Positions 17,917 through 26,120 of a DNA stretch of 58,846 nt are shown here, in pieces. The notes below the pieces were generated by a model. It searched no databases. It saw only the letters and a list, made by a program, of their open reading frames with translations, and was not told where the DNA came from. The DNA lies in NCBI GenBank assembly GCA_050309765.1, contig JBNRMU010000058.1:1-58846 (forward strand), given 5' to 3'. Source of the DNA: Christensenellales bacterium (GTDB lineage Bacteria > Bacillota > Clostridia > Christensenellales > UBA1750). Positions within the stretch are counted from its first letter, which is position 1. Every line of letters begins with the position of its first letter. The position numbers and the translations under genes are program-made.

Positions 17917-19488
17917 ATGAAAAAACTGCTCGCACTGCTGCTGGCGCTGGTGATCCTTCCGCTTGCGCTCTGCGGCTGCGCTTCCTTGGAGGGGCGGCCG
18001 GACGGCACGCGCCCCGATACGCTCGACGGCAACAAGCTTTTGCCCAGCTTTGCCTCCCGCAGCGCCGTCGTGCCTGAACTCAACTACCAGATCACCCGCA
18101 TCGAGGAGGCGGAGGATATCGACGCCCAGCGCGCTGCCTATCAGGATTTCCTGCACGCGGGCTTTGTGTATGTGCTGGGCGATTACGGCATCGCCAGCTT
18201 CATCGCCGACGACGGCGGCAACCTGGCCCTGTACCAGCAGGAGATCACGAACCTGCTCAACGACTTCCTTGTCACCAGCGATCAGCGGGCCTGGACCGCC
18301 ATCCGCGAAAAGGAGTGGGGCAGCGTCCTGGTGCAGGAGTTTTCCGCCGGCGCCAGCACGCCCACCAAGATCCGCAGCTCCTACCCCACCACCACGGACA
18401 ACGGTCAGGAGTTGACGCAGGCCATTTTCAATTCCCGCCAAGACATCTACGAGGCTCTGCAGGAGGACAAGCCGGACGAGGAGCTTGCCGCCCTGATGCA
18501 GGAGGCGCTGGTGCTGCGCCGGGACATCGCCGAGCAGATGGGCTACGACAGCTATCTTTCCTTCTGCTTTCAAAATCGCGACAACATCCCCTATACGCCG
18601 GAGGATGTGTTAAAGCTGGCCCAGCTGGTGCGCGATAAGCTCTGCCCCGTGCTGGCCGCCGCCGCGCCCGCCGCTTCTTTGCCGCAGGCGCTGGACAGCG
18701 AAGGCTGGCAGCAGGCCCTGCCCGAGCTGATCGCGCGCCTGCCCGCTCCCTACCGCGATGACCTTAGCTACTGCCTGGATCATAACCTTTTGACCGTCGT
18801 TCCCGTGGCCGAAGACGGCAAGGCCGAACGCTACTCCTATATGCTGTACCAATATGACGCCTCCTTTGGCCGCGCGCGCGTCGCGGGCGAGTTCGCCGAT
18901 CTGCCCATCGTGACCGGCCTGCTCGGCGCCATGGCGCGGGATATGGTCATCCCCTCGCAGCAGTGGGCCGTCAGCACCGCCCAGCTTTCCGACTGTACGC
19001 AGGTTTCCGCCTTCCAGCAGCTTATAAAGGGCGAGCTTTCCGCCGTGTACGGCGAAAACGCCGCCGTGCAGCACGAATACGACCGCCTGCTGCTGGAGGA
19101 TATCTGCCGCGCCGCCATGCGCTATGAGCTTTTGTACCGCTTCTATGAGATGGAAACGGTCACCGCCTCCGCCGTGAACGACCTGGCCGCCGAGCTTTCC
19201 ACCGCCTACGGCCTGCCGCTTACCGCACGCGAGGTTTACGCCCTGGAGCCGATGATGATGGGCACCGCCTATTACGCGCCCCAGCTGCTGGGCGGCCTTG
19301 CGGGCGTGCAGGTCGGCATATTGGGCGACAAAGACCCCGAGGCAGCGCAGGCGCTGTACGAAGTGATGCTCAGCGTTTACAACTATGGCAGCCCCGTGAA
19401 CGAAGCCGTAAAAGCCGGTCTTGCCAATCCCTACAGCGCCGAGTCCCTGGACGCGGCCGCCGCCTGGTACGCGGACAAGCTTGCCTGA
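17917..19488 (+). CDS. Hypothetical lipoprotein, possibly a degenerate M3 (oligoendopeptidase F-like) fold
   Basis: MKKLLALLLALVILPLALCGC lipobox. The mid-region (LRRDIAEQMGYDSYLSFCF) resembles M3 peptidases, but I find no HExxH anywhere in the protein. Confidence 0.65.
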   Translation: MKKLLALLLALVILPLALCGCASLEGRPDGTRPDTLDGNKLLPSFASRSAVVPELNYQITRIEEAEDIDAQRAAYQDFLHAGFVYVLGDYGIASFIADDGGNLALYQQEITNLLNDFLVTSDQRAWTAIREKEWGSVLVQEFSAGASTPTKIRSSYPTTTDNGQELTQAIFNSRQDIYEALQEDKPDEELAALMQEALVLRRDIAEQMGYDSYLSFCFQNRDNIPYTPEDVLKLAQLVRDKLCPVLAAAAPAASLPQALDSEGWQQALPELIARLPAPYRDDLSYCLDHNLLTVVPVAEDGKAERYSYMLYQYDASFGRARVAGEFADLPIVTGLLGAMARDMVIPSQQWAVSTAQLSDCTQVSAFQQLIKGELSAVYGENAAVQHEYDRLLLEDICRAAMRYELLYRFYEMETVTASAVNDLAAELSTAYGLPLTAREVYALEPMMMGTAYYAPQLLGGLAGVQVGILGDKDPEAAQALYEVMLSVYNYGSPVNEAVKAGLANPYSAESLDAAAAWYADKLA

Positions 19489-19517
19489 TAACAGGCGCAC
19501 CGCACAAGCAAAAACAA

Positions 19518-19544
19518 GGCGTTCCCAAAGCGGGAACGCCCCTT
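19518..19544. repeat. 27-nt palindromic hairpin, copy 1 (also acts as a terminator)
   Basis: GGCGTTCCCAAAGCGGGAACGCCCCTT is identical to 20107..20133. Confidence 0.9.
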
Positions 19545-19583
19545 GTTTACCTAATAAAGCAATGATTTTTAGGAGTATGCAAA

Positions 19584-20066
19584 ATGAAATTCAGCACGAC
19601 ATTGCTTGCCGTTTGCGATATGGACCGATCGCTTAAATTCTATAAGGAGCTGTTCGGCCAGGAGGTCGCCCTGGATCTGGGTGCGAACAAGATCCTGACC
19701 TGCGGCCTTTGCCTGCAGCTGGATTTTGATAAGCTGTGCGAGTTTCCCAAGGAAAGAATGCAATTCAAACCGTACAATATGGAGCTCTACTTTGAGACCG
19801 AGGACATCGATACGTTCGTAAAGCTGCTGGACGCGCATCCGGAGGTGGAGCGTTTGCACGATTTAAAGCAGCATCCGTGGCGTCAGCGCGTTATTCGTAT
19901 TTTTGACCCGAACGGGCACATCATCGAGATCGGAGAGAGCATGCAAAGCGTGGCATTCCGCGAATTTGTTGCCGGCCATACCGTGCAGGAAACCGCCGCG
20001 ATCGTCCAGCACCCGCTGGAAATCGTGCAGCAGTGGTATGATGCCTATCGACGCGAGCATCCGTGA
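19584..20066 (+). CDS. VOC / glyoxalase-bleomycin resistance family protein
   Basis: 160 aa with a two-module beta-alpha-beta-beta-beta pattern typical of the glyoxalase/dioxygenase superfamily. Confidence 0.8.
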   Translation: MKFSTTLLAVCDMDRSLKFYKELFGQEVALDLGANKILTCGLCLQLDFDKLCEFPKERMQFKPYNMELYFETEDIDTFVKLLDAHPEVERLHDLKQHPWRQRVIRIFDPNGHIIEIGESMQSVAFREFVAGHTVQETAAIVQHPLEIVQQWYDAYRREHP

Positions 20067-20106
20067 CGAATGCAGGCGCTGAATCGTCTTTATGACAGTC
20101 AAAAGG

Positions 20107-20133
20107 GGCGTTCCCAAAGCGGGAACGCCCCTT
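20107..20133. repeat. 27-nt palindromic hairpin, copy 2 (bidirectional terminator)
   Basis: Identical to 19518..19544. Here it is extended to a perfect AAAAGGGGCGTTCCC/GGGAACGCCCCTTT stem. Confidence 0.9.
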
Positions 20134-20155
20134 TATATGTGGTTTTGTTGCTGGC

Positions 20156-20953
20156 CTAGTCCTTGAACACCTGCCTGCGGTAGCGATAGACCATCTGGCC
20201 AAAGCTGCCCATGTAGGCAAGCTCCTCCCATCCCCTGTCCTTCAGCTCCTCGCGTTGAGCCGTGTGCCTTTTCTGGTCGCCGGGGCAGTCCAGCAGCCAG
20301 CCGCCATGTTTGACCACGCGGCTCAGCTCGCCGATCTCTTTGTCCAGGTCGTCGCCAAGCACGTGGCCGCTCATCGCGATGTCAAAGCTGTTGTCCGGAA
20401 AGGGCAGCTGCGTGCACAGGCCGTCGCCGACCCGCATGTTGGCAATTCCCTTTTGCAGGATCGTTTGGCGCTGAAAGCGGCGGAGGCTTTCCACCGGCTC
20501 GCAGGAGCAGACGAATTTTGCCCGCTTGGCCGCGGCAAAGGCCAGCCTGCCCGTGCCGCTGCCCACATCCAGCACGATCCTGCCGGCAAAGTCGGCCAGC
20601 TCGTACAGGCGCTGCTCGTTCCAGCCGTACACCCAGTCGCACTTGCTTTCAACCTGCTCCGGCGTGGTGTAGATCACAAAGTCCTGCACGCCGTCCAGCA
20701 CGGTCAGCTCCGCAGCGCGGATATCCGCCGCATCCCGTCCGGCACGGACCAGCTCCCCCACCAGCGCCGCCTTTTGCGGCAGGCGGTGGGCAAAATACCA
20801 GCTAACCGCCGGATGCGCCCGGAGCGCATCGGCCAGCGCCGCGCGAAAGCCTTCATCCTCGATGGAAAGGATCAGGTCGATCTGAAAGCCTTCCATCAGC
20901 AGCATGCAGTTGAAGTCGTACTCGTTTGGATCGATCCAGTTCAAACTGTGCAT
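20156..20953 (-). CDS. Class I SAM-dependent methyltransferase
   Basis: VLDVGSGTGRLA motif I, with acidic post-I and post-II motifs; 265 aa. Confidence 0.8.
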   Translation of the reverse strand: MHSLNWIDPNEYDFNCMLLMEGFQIDLILSIEDEGFRAALADALRAHPAVSWYFAHRLPQKAALVGELVRAGRDAADIRAAELTVLDGVQDFVIYTTPEQVESKCDWVYGWNEQRLYELADFAGRIVLDVGSGTGRLAFAAAKRAKFVCSCEPVESLRRFQRQTILQKGIANMRVGDGLCTQLPFPDNSFDIAMSGHVLGDDLDKEIGELSRVVKHGGWLLDCPGDQKRHTAQREELKDRGWEELAYMGSFGQMVYRYRRQVFKD

Positions 20954-21100
20954 ACTATCCTCCGTTTTGTTTGTGGGAGGACTATTTTTGATTCATCCTC
21001 CCCTTTTGTGCATAAAAACGAATCGCTTTCCTCATGCGGATCACCCTTTCTTTGTAAAGCATACCTTATTGTAACATGCGGGTCTTTGCAATATCAACGC

Positions 21101-21122
21101 GGGCCGGCAAAGCTGCCGGCCC
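21101..21122 (-). terminator. GC-rich hairpin downstream of the holin gene
   Basis: GGGCCGGCA-AAGC-TGCCGGCCC stem. The T-tract on the minus strand is weak. Confidence 0.4.
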
Positions 21123-21132
21123 ACGTCCGTCT

Positions 21133-21348
21133 TTATTCGTCTTCGTCGTCCTGCCGTGCGCCCGCGGCGTCCACCAGGCTCTCGCCCAGTATGTAGGCGG
21201 CCACGGAGGCGGCGGCCGTGATGCAGGCCGTGACCTGGCTCACGGTGTTTTGCTCGGCGCCGAAGGCCAGGAGCAGCGCGGCGACAAGGCCGGACAGCGC
21301 CATCCAGAACTTGCGGGAAGACAGCTTGCGTTTCCAGTCGATTTTCAT
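21133..21348 (-). CDS. Phage-type holin (phi LC3 / Phage_holin_4_1-like)
   Basis: Start at ATG 21348 (AAGGAG 9 nt upstream). MKIDWKRKLSSRKFW followed by two hydrophobic helices and a charged D/E tail, as in phiLC3-family holins. Confidence 0.7.
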   Translation of the reverse strand: MKIDWKRKLSSRKFWMALSGLVAALLLAFGAEQNTVSQVTACITAAASVAAYILGESLVDAAGARQDDEDE

Positions 21349-21365
21349 ACTATGCATCTCCTTTT

Positions 21366-21620
21366 TTATTCGTCGATCAGTTTGTTCTTCATATCCTTTA
21401 GGGCGCGGTTCACCTCGCCGTTGCAGCCCAGTTGCCTTAAGCCGTCCAAACAGGCGAACAATGCCTTATACATCACGCGGATATCGCCGCGGTTTTCCCG
21501 CGTCTGCTTTTCCACGGCGGCAAAACGCGACAGCAGCCGATAGATCAGCGCCGCCACGGCACCCAGGCTACCCAGCAGCCCGCAGACGCCCGCGAGCAGG
21601 CCGATGTCCAGCGTCAGCAT
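21366..21620 (-). CDS. Small membrane-anchored protein (possible holin accessory or antiholin)
   Basis: 84 aa with one N-terminal TM helix and a charged helical C-terminus. Its ATG overlaps the endolysin TGA (ATGCTGA). Confidence 0.5.
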   Translation of the reverse strand: MLTLDIGLLAGVCGLLGSLGAVAALIYRLLSRFAAVEKQTRENRGDIRVMYKALFACLDGLRQLGCNGEVNRALKDMKNKLIDE

Positions 21621-22666
21621 GTTATTTCCTCCGGATGGCGCAAAAGCGCCGCCTGCGTCTTATCGCCGAATACGCCGTCGATCTTTATCTTTTCGCCGGC
21701 CGCGCACAAGGCCTGCTGCAGCTTTTTCACGCGCGCGCCCCGCATGCCCTTTTGAAGCGGGACGTTCGGATCATAGCGAAGCAGGGCGCAGACGCGGCCC
21801 GCGTACAGTTCGCGCTCGTTTACGCACACGCCGTAGCGCGCGCTGCGGGCGTGAACGATGCTTTTTTCGTCCAAAACGACGGCCACGTGCGTGATTTTGT
21901 TTTTGCGGGACGTGCCCTTGTCCGTGCAGAGGAATTGCAAATCGCCCGCCTCCTGCGCCAGGGAAAGCTCCTGTTTGCCGCCCAGGCGCCTGCCGATTTG
22001 ATCGTAGCTCTCCGGCCAGAGCAGGCGAAAGCAGTCCTCGTACACCAGGCGGCAGCTCACCGGCGCCGGCGCGCTGAGGCTTACGCCCTGCGCGGCATAG
22101 GCCCGCGCCGCCAGGGACGAGCAGTCGAAGGCGTCGGGCGCCATGCGTTCTTCCTGGCTGTAGCGGCAGCCGCGCTTTTCCAGCGCCCAATCGGCCGCCC
22201 TTTGCGGCAGCTCATCCCGGATCGCATACCAAAGGCCGTTGCGCCGCATGTGCTTTTCCACATCCCGCACGCGCTTGTTGGCAAAGTTCAGGCAGGTCTT
22301 GCTATTTTGCCCGTAGCGGTGCACGGAAAGGGCGTAGCGCCACATATCTTCGCCGCAAAGGCCGTGCCGCTGTCTTCCCCATTTGGCATACCTTGCAAAC
22401 ACCGCCCCCGCGCCCAGGATCGCCCCCCAGCCTTCCAAGTCGAAGTCAAAGCCGGCGTAGCGCACATAGTCCGCCTTGTAGCGGGGCAAAAACTGCATCG
22501 GCCCCACCGCGTCCGCGCCGGACACGACTCCAAGGCGAAAGCCGCTCTCGCACTCCGCCGTGGCAAGCAGGATGCCCGCAGGTACCGAAAAGCGCCGCTG
22601 CGCCTCCAGCGCAAAGCACATCGCCTCCTTAGGGGCCGGCGCGCCGTTTTCCTTTCTCCAGATCAT
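21614..22666 (-). CDS. Three-domain peptidoglycan hydrolase (SLT/lysozyme-like + NlpC/P60 + PG_binding_1)
   Basis: Start at ATG 22666 (AGGAGAAAGGAGAG upstream). AECESGF..GPMQF is a lytic transglycosylase motif. DAFDCSSLAARAY..THVAVVL gives the NlpC/P60 Cys and His. C-terminal LQKGMRGARVKKLQQAL..GVFGDKTQAAL is a PG-binding repeat. Confidence 0.8.
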   Translation of the reverse strand: MIWRKENGAPAPKEAMCFALEAQRRFSVPAGILLATAECESGFRLGVVSGADAVGPMQFLPRYKADYVRYAGFDFDLEGWGAILGAGAVFARYAKWGRQRHGLCGEDMWRYALSVHRYGQNSKTCLNFANKRVRDVEKHMRRNGLWYAIRDELPQRAADWALEKRGCRYSQEERMAPDAFDCSSLAARAYAAQGVSLSAPAPVSCRLVYEDCFRLLWPESYDQIGRRLGGKQELSLAQEAGDLQFLCTDKGTSRKNKITHVAVVLDEKSIVHARSARYGVCVNERELYAGRVCALLRYDPNVPLQKGMRGARVKKLQQALCAAGEKIKIDGVFGDKTQAALLRHPEEITC

Positions 22667-22711
22667 GGTTTCACTCTCCTTTCTCCTGCCAAGATTTAAG
22701 CACAAAAAAAG

Positions 22712-22744
22712 CCCCTGTTTTTCCCGGAAAAGGGAAAACAGGGG
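22712..22744 (-). terminator. Intrinsic terminator after hslU
   Basis: CCCCTGTTTTTCCC..loop..GGGAAAACAGGGG hairpin followed by TTTTTTT on the minus strand. Confidence 0.65.
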
Positions 22745-22764
22745 TTTGTATTTGCGGGGATTTG

Positions 22765-24123
22765 TCAGATGATCTGGGCGGAAACGTCGATCTCGCGCAC
22801 CATGGATTTGAGCTGCCTTCGCACATAGTCCCGGTCGATCGTGACCTGCTCCTCGCCGTTTTCGCCGGCGGTGAAGGCGACCTGCTCCAGCACCTGCTCG
22901 ATCAGGGTGTGCAGGCGGCGCGCGCCGATGTTTTCGCGGTTCTCGTTCACCTGCACGGCGATCTCGGCCATCTCGTCCAGGGCGTCCTCCGTAAACTCGA
23001 TGGAAACGCCGTCCACGGCCATGAGCTTGGCGTATTGCTTCAAAATGGCGTTTTCCGGCTGGGTAAGGATGCGCTTTAGCTCCTCCTTGCCCAGGGGCGC
23101 CAGCTCCACATGCACGGGGAAGCGGCCCTGCAGCTCCGGGATCAGGTCGGTCACCTTGGCCACATGGAAAGCGCCCGCGGCGATGAACAGCATGTGGTCG
23201 GTCTTGACCGGGCCGTATTTGGTGTTCACGGTGGAGCCTTCCACGATGGGCAGGATGTCCCTTTGCACGCCCTCGCGGGAAACGTCGGCCTGGCCCGTCT
23301 GCGCGCGGCCGGCGATCTTGTCGATCTCATCCAGGAAGATGATGCCGTCCTGCTCGGCGCGGTACACGGCCTCGCTGGTGGCGGCGTCCAGATCGATCAG
23401 CTTGGAGGTCTCCTCCGCGCGCAGGATGCGCCGTGCCTCCAGCACCGTGACCTTGCGCAGCTTTTTGCGCTTGGGCATGAAGCTTCCCATGATGTCCTGC
23501 ATGGAAACGTCCGTGCCGGGCAGGGTTTCGCCGGTGGGCGTGTCGTCCACCTCGATCTCGATGATCTCGCCCTCCAGATCGCCGGAAAGCAGCTGCGAGC
23601 GCAGCTCCTCGCGGCGGGTCTTGCGGCGCTCCGCCTCCTCAGGCGGCACGGTGGGCTCGCGCACGGGGCCCAGCAGGGCTTCGATGGGGTTTTGCGACTT
23701 TTTGGCCTTGCCCTGGTCCAGCAGCGCGTCCAGTATGCGCTCCTGCGCATTCTGGTCGGCGGTCAATTCCACATCGCGGCCCATGCGGTCCTTGACCAGG
23801 CGCAGGGAAACCTCGACCAAATCGCGCACGATGGAATCCACATCGCGGCCCACATAGCCGACCTCGGTGAACTTGGTGGCCTCTACCTTTAAAAACGGCG
23901 CATCCACCAGCTTTGCCAGGCGGCGGGCGATCTCGGTCTTGCCCACGCCGGTGGGGCCGATCATGAGGATGTTCTTGGGGGTGATCTCCTCGCGTATCTC
24001 CTCCGGCAGGCGGGAGCGGCGGTAGCGGTTGCGCAGGGCGATGGCCACGGCGCGCTTGGCCTCCGGTTGGCCGATGATGTATTTATCAAGCTCGGATACG
24101 ATCTGCCTGGGGGTCAGGACCAT
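22765..24123 (-). CDS. hslU: ATP-dependent protease ATPase subunit HslU
   Basis: Walker A GPTGVGKTEIARRLA, Walker B IIFLDEIDK, and the I-domain insertion; 452 aa. Confidence 0.95.
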   Translation of the reverse strand: MVLTPRQIVSELDKYIIGQPEAKRAVAIALRNRYRRSRLPEEIREEITPKNILMIGPTGVGKTEIARRLAKLVDAPFLKVEATKFTEVGYVGRDVDSIVRDLVEVSLRLVKDRMGRDVELTADQNAQERILDALLDQGKAKKSQNPIEALLGPVREPTVPPEEAERRKTRREELRSQLLSGDLEGEIIEIEVDDTPTGETLPGTDVSMQDIMGSFMPKRKKLRKVTVLEARRILRAEETSKLIDLDAATSEAVYRAEQDGIIFLDEIDKIAGRAQTGQADVSREGVQRDILPIVEGSTVNTKYGPVKTDHMLFIAAGAFHVAKVTDLIPELQGRFPVHVELAPLGKEELKRILTQPENAILKQYAKLMAVDGVSIEFTEDALDEMAEIAVQVNENRENIGARRLHTLIEQVLEQVAFTAGENGEEQVTIDRDYVRRQLKSMVREIDVSAQII

Positions 24124-24164
24124 ATCTCTTCTCCTCCTTGCTGTGCAAATGTTTTTGCGCGCCT

Positions 24165-24701
24165 TTATACCTCTTCCACGGTGATGTGGTCGTTGGTATA
24201 GACGCAGATCTCCGACGCGATCAAAAGCGAACGCTCCACGATGTCGCGCGGCTGCATATCGGTGTTGCGCACAAGCGCCCGCGCCGCCGCTAGGGCAAAG
24301 TTGCCGCCGGAACCGATGGCCAACACGCCGTCGTCCGGGGCGATGACCTCGCCCGTGCCGGAGATGAGCAAAAGGTTTTCCTTATCGGCGGCCAGCAGCA
24401 TGGCCTCCAGCTTGCGCATGGCCTTGTCCATGCGCCAGGTTTGTGCCAGCTCCACGGCGGCACGGGGCAGGTTGCCCGCGTACTGCTCCAGATAGGTTTC
24501 GAATTTTTCGCACAGGGCGAAGGCGTCGGCAACGGAGCCGGCAAAGCCCACCACGACCTGGTCGTGGTACAGCCTGCGCACCTTTTTGGCGCCGTGCTTC
24601 ATGATGGTGGTTTCGCCCATCGTCACCTGGCCGTCGCCAGCGATGGCCGTTTTGCCGTTCCTCTGCACCGCAAGTATGGTGGTTCCTTTAAATTGTGTCA
24701 T
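24165..24701 (-). CDS. hslV: ATP-dependent protease subunit HslV
   Basis: Start at ATG 24701. GTTILAV region contains the catalytic Thr, and [14 protein letters not shown] is present. Lies immediately upstream of hslU. Confidence 0.93.
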   Translation of the reverse strand: MTQFKGTTILAVQRNGKTAIAGDGQVTMGETTIMKHGAKKVRRLYHDQVVVGFAGSVADAFALCEKFETYLEQYAGNLPRAAVELAQTWRMDKAMRKLEAMLLAADKENLLLISGTGEVIAPDDGVLAIGSGGNFALAAARALVRNTDMQPRDIVERSLLIASEICVYTNDHITVEEV

Positions 24702-24820
24702 ATCATTGGTTTCCTTTCCCGTTTCAAAAAACGATGACCATAAAACGAGTATAGCACCTATCCCGTTCCCTGCCCAGCAAAAAGCGTCCCAAAACCGCGT
24801 TTTGGGGCGCCAATGCAAAG

Positions 24821-26119
24821 TTACAGGGTTTGTTTGAGCACTTCGATCCTTTTCAGGCTCCGCTCGGCGATGGCAGCGTACTTTTCGCGCTTGTTTTTTA
24901 TGCGCCTGGGCAGCTCCGCCATCACGCCGAAATTGGCGTTCATGGGCTGGAAATTGCGGTTGGGCGTCGAGATATAGGCGCCCATGGCGCCCAGCACCGT
25001 TTCGTCCGTGAAATCCGGGCGCGGCTGCCCTTTAAGCTCATGGGCCAGGGCCACGCCCGCCACCAGGCCGGAGGCGGCCGATTCTATGTAGCCCTCCACG
25101 CCGGTCATCTGCCCGGCGAAGTACAGGCCTTCCTTCAGGCGGAACCAGCGGTCCAGCAGCCCGGGGGAATTTATAAACGTGTTGCGGTGCATCACGCCGT
25201 AGCGGGCATAGCGGGCGTTTTCCAGCCCCGGGATGAGGCCGAACACGCGCTTTTGCTCGGGAATCTTAAGCCTGGTCTGGAAGCCCACCAGGTTGTACAG
25301 GGTGTCCGCCGCATCGTCCTGGCGCAGCTGCAAAACCGCGTAGGGCATTTTGCCGGTCCTTGGGTCAATCAGGCCCTTGGGCTTTAAGGGCCCGAAGCAC
25401 AGAGTTTGCGGCCCGCGGGCGGCCATGACCTCCACCGGCATGCAGCCCTCGAACACCTTGTTGTCCTCAAAGCCGTGCACGGGGGCTGTCTCGGCAGAAA
25501 TCAGGGCGTTGTAAAAGGCCTCGTATTCCTCCTTGGTCATGGGGCAGTTGATATAGTCGCCGCCCTCCTCGCCGCGCCCGTAGCGCGAGGCGCGGAAGGC
25601 CTTTTGCATATCGATGGAATCCTTGTAGACGATGGGCGCGGCCGCGTCGTAAAAGGAAAGCTGCTCCCGGCCGGTCAGGGCCTGGATGTTTTCCAGCAGC
25701 GCGCCGTCCGTGAGCGGGCCGGTGGCCACGATCACGGGAAGGTCCCGCGGGATCTCCGTCATCTCCTGCCGCAGAACGGTCACGTTCTTGTGCTCCGTCA
25801 GCGCGCGGGTGATATGGTTCGAAAAGCGCTCCCGATCCACGGCCAGCGAGCCGCCGGCAGGCACGCGGGACGCATCCGCCGCCGCCATCACCAAAGAGCC
25901 CACGCGGCGCATCTCCTCCTTGAGCAGGCCGACGGCGTTTTCCAGCCTGTCGCTGCGCAGGGAATTGGAGCAGACCAGCTCCGCAAAGCCCTCGACGTGG
26001 TGGGCGGGCGAAAAGCGCGCAGGCTTCATCTCGTAAAGCGTCACCTCAACGCCGCGCTGCGCCAGCTGCCAGGCGGCCTCGCTGCCGGCCAGACCCGCGC
26101 CGATCACGCATGCCTTCAC
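24821..26119 (-). CDS. trmFO: Methylenetetrahydrofolate--tRNA-(uracil-5-)-methyltransferase TrmFO
   Basis: GTG start at 26119 (GGAGGAGG 6 nt upstream, 1 nt after the topA stop). [19 protein letters not shown] motif. The longer tracked ORF overlaps topA and is an artefact. Confidence 0.92.
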   Translation of the reverse strand: MKACVIGAGLAGSEAAWQLAQRGVEVTLYEMKPARFSPAHHVEGFAELVCSNSLRSDRLENAVGLLKEEMRRVGSLVMAAADASRVPAGGSLAVDRERFSNHITRALTEHKNVTVLRQEMTEIPRDLPVIVATGPLTDGALLENIQALTGREQLSFYDAAAPIVYKDSIDMQKAFRASRYGRGEEGGDYINCPMTKEEYEAFYNALISAETAPVHGFEDNKVFEGCMPVEVMAARGPQTLCFGPLKPKGLIDPRTGKMPYAVLQLRQDDAADTLYNLVGFQTRLKIPEQKRVFGLIPGLENARYARYGVMHRNTFINSPGLLDRWFRLKEGLYFAGQMTGVEGYIESAASGLVAGVALAHELKGQPRPDFTDETVLGAMGAYISTPNRNFQPMNANFGVMAELPRRIKNKREKYAAIAERSLKRIEVLKQTL

Positions 26120-26120
26120 T

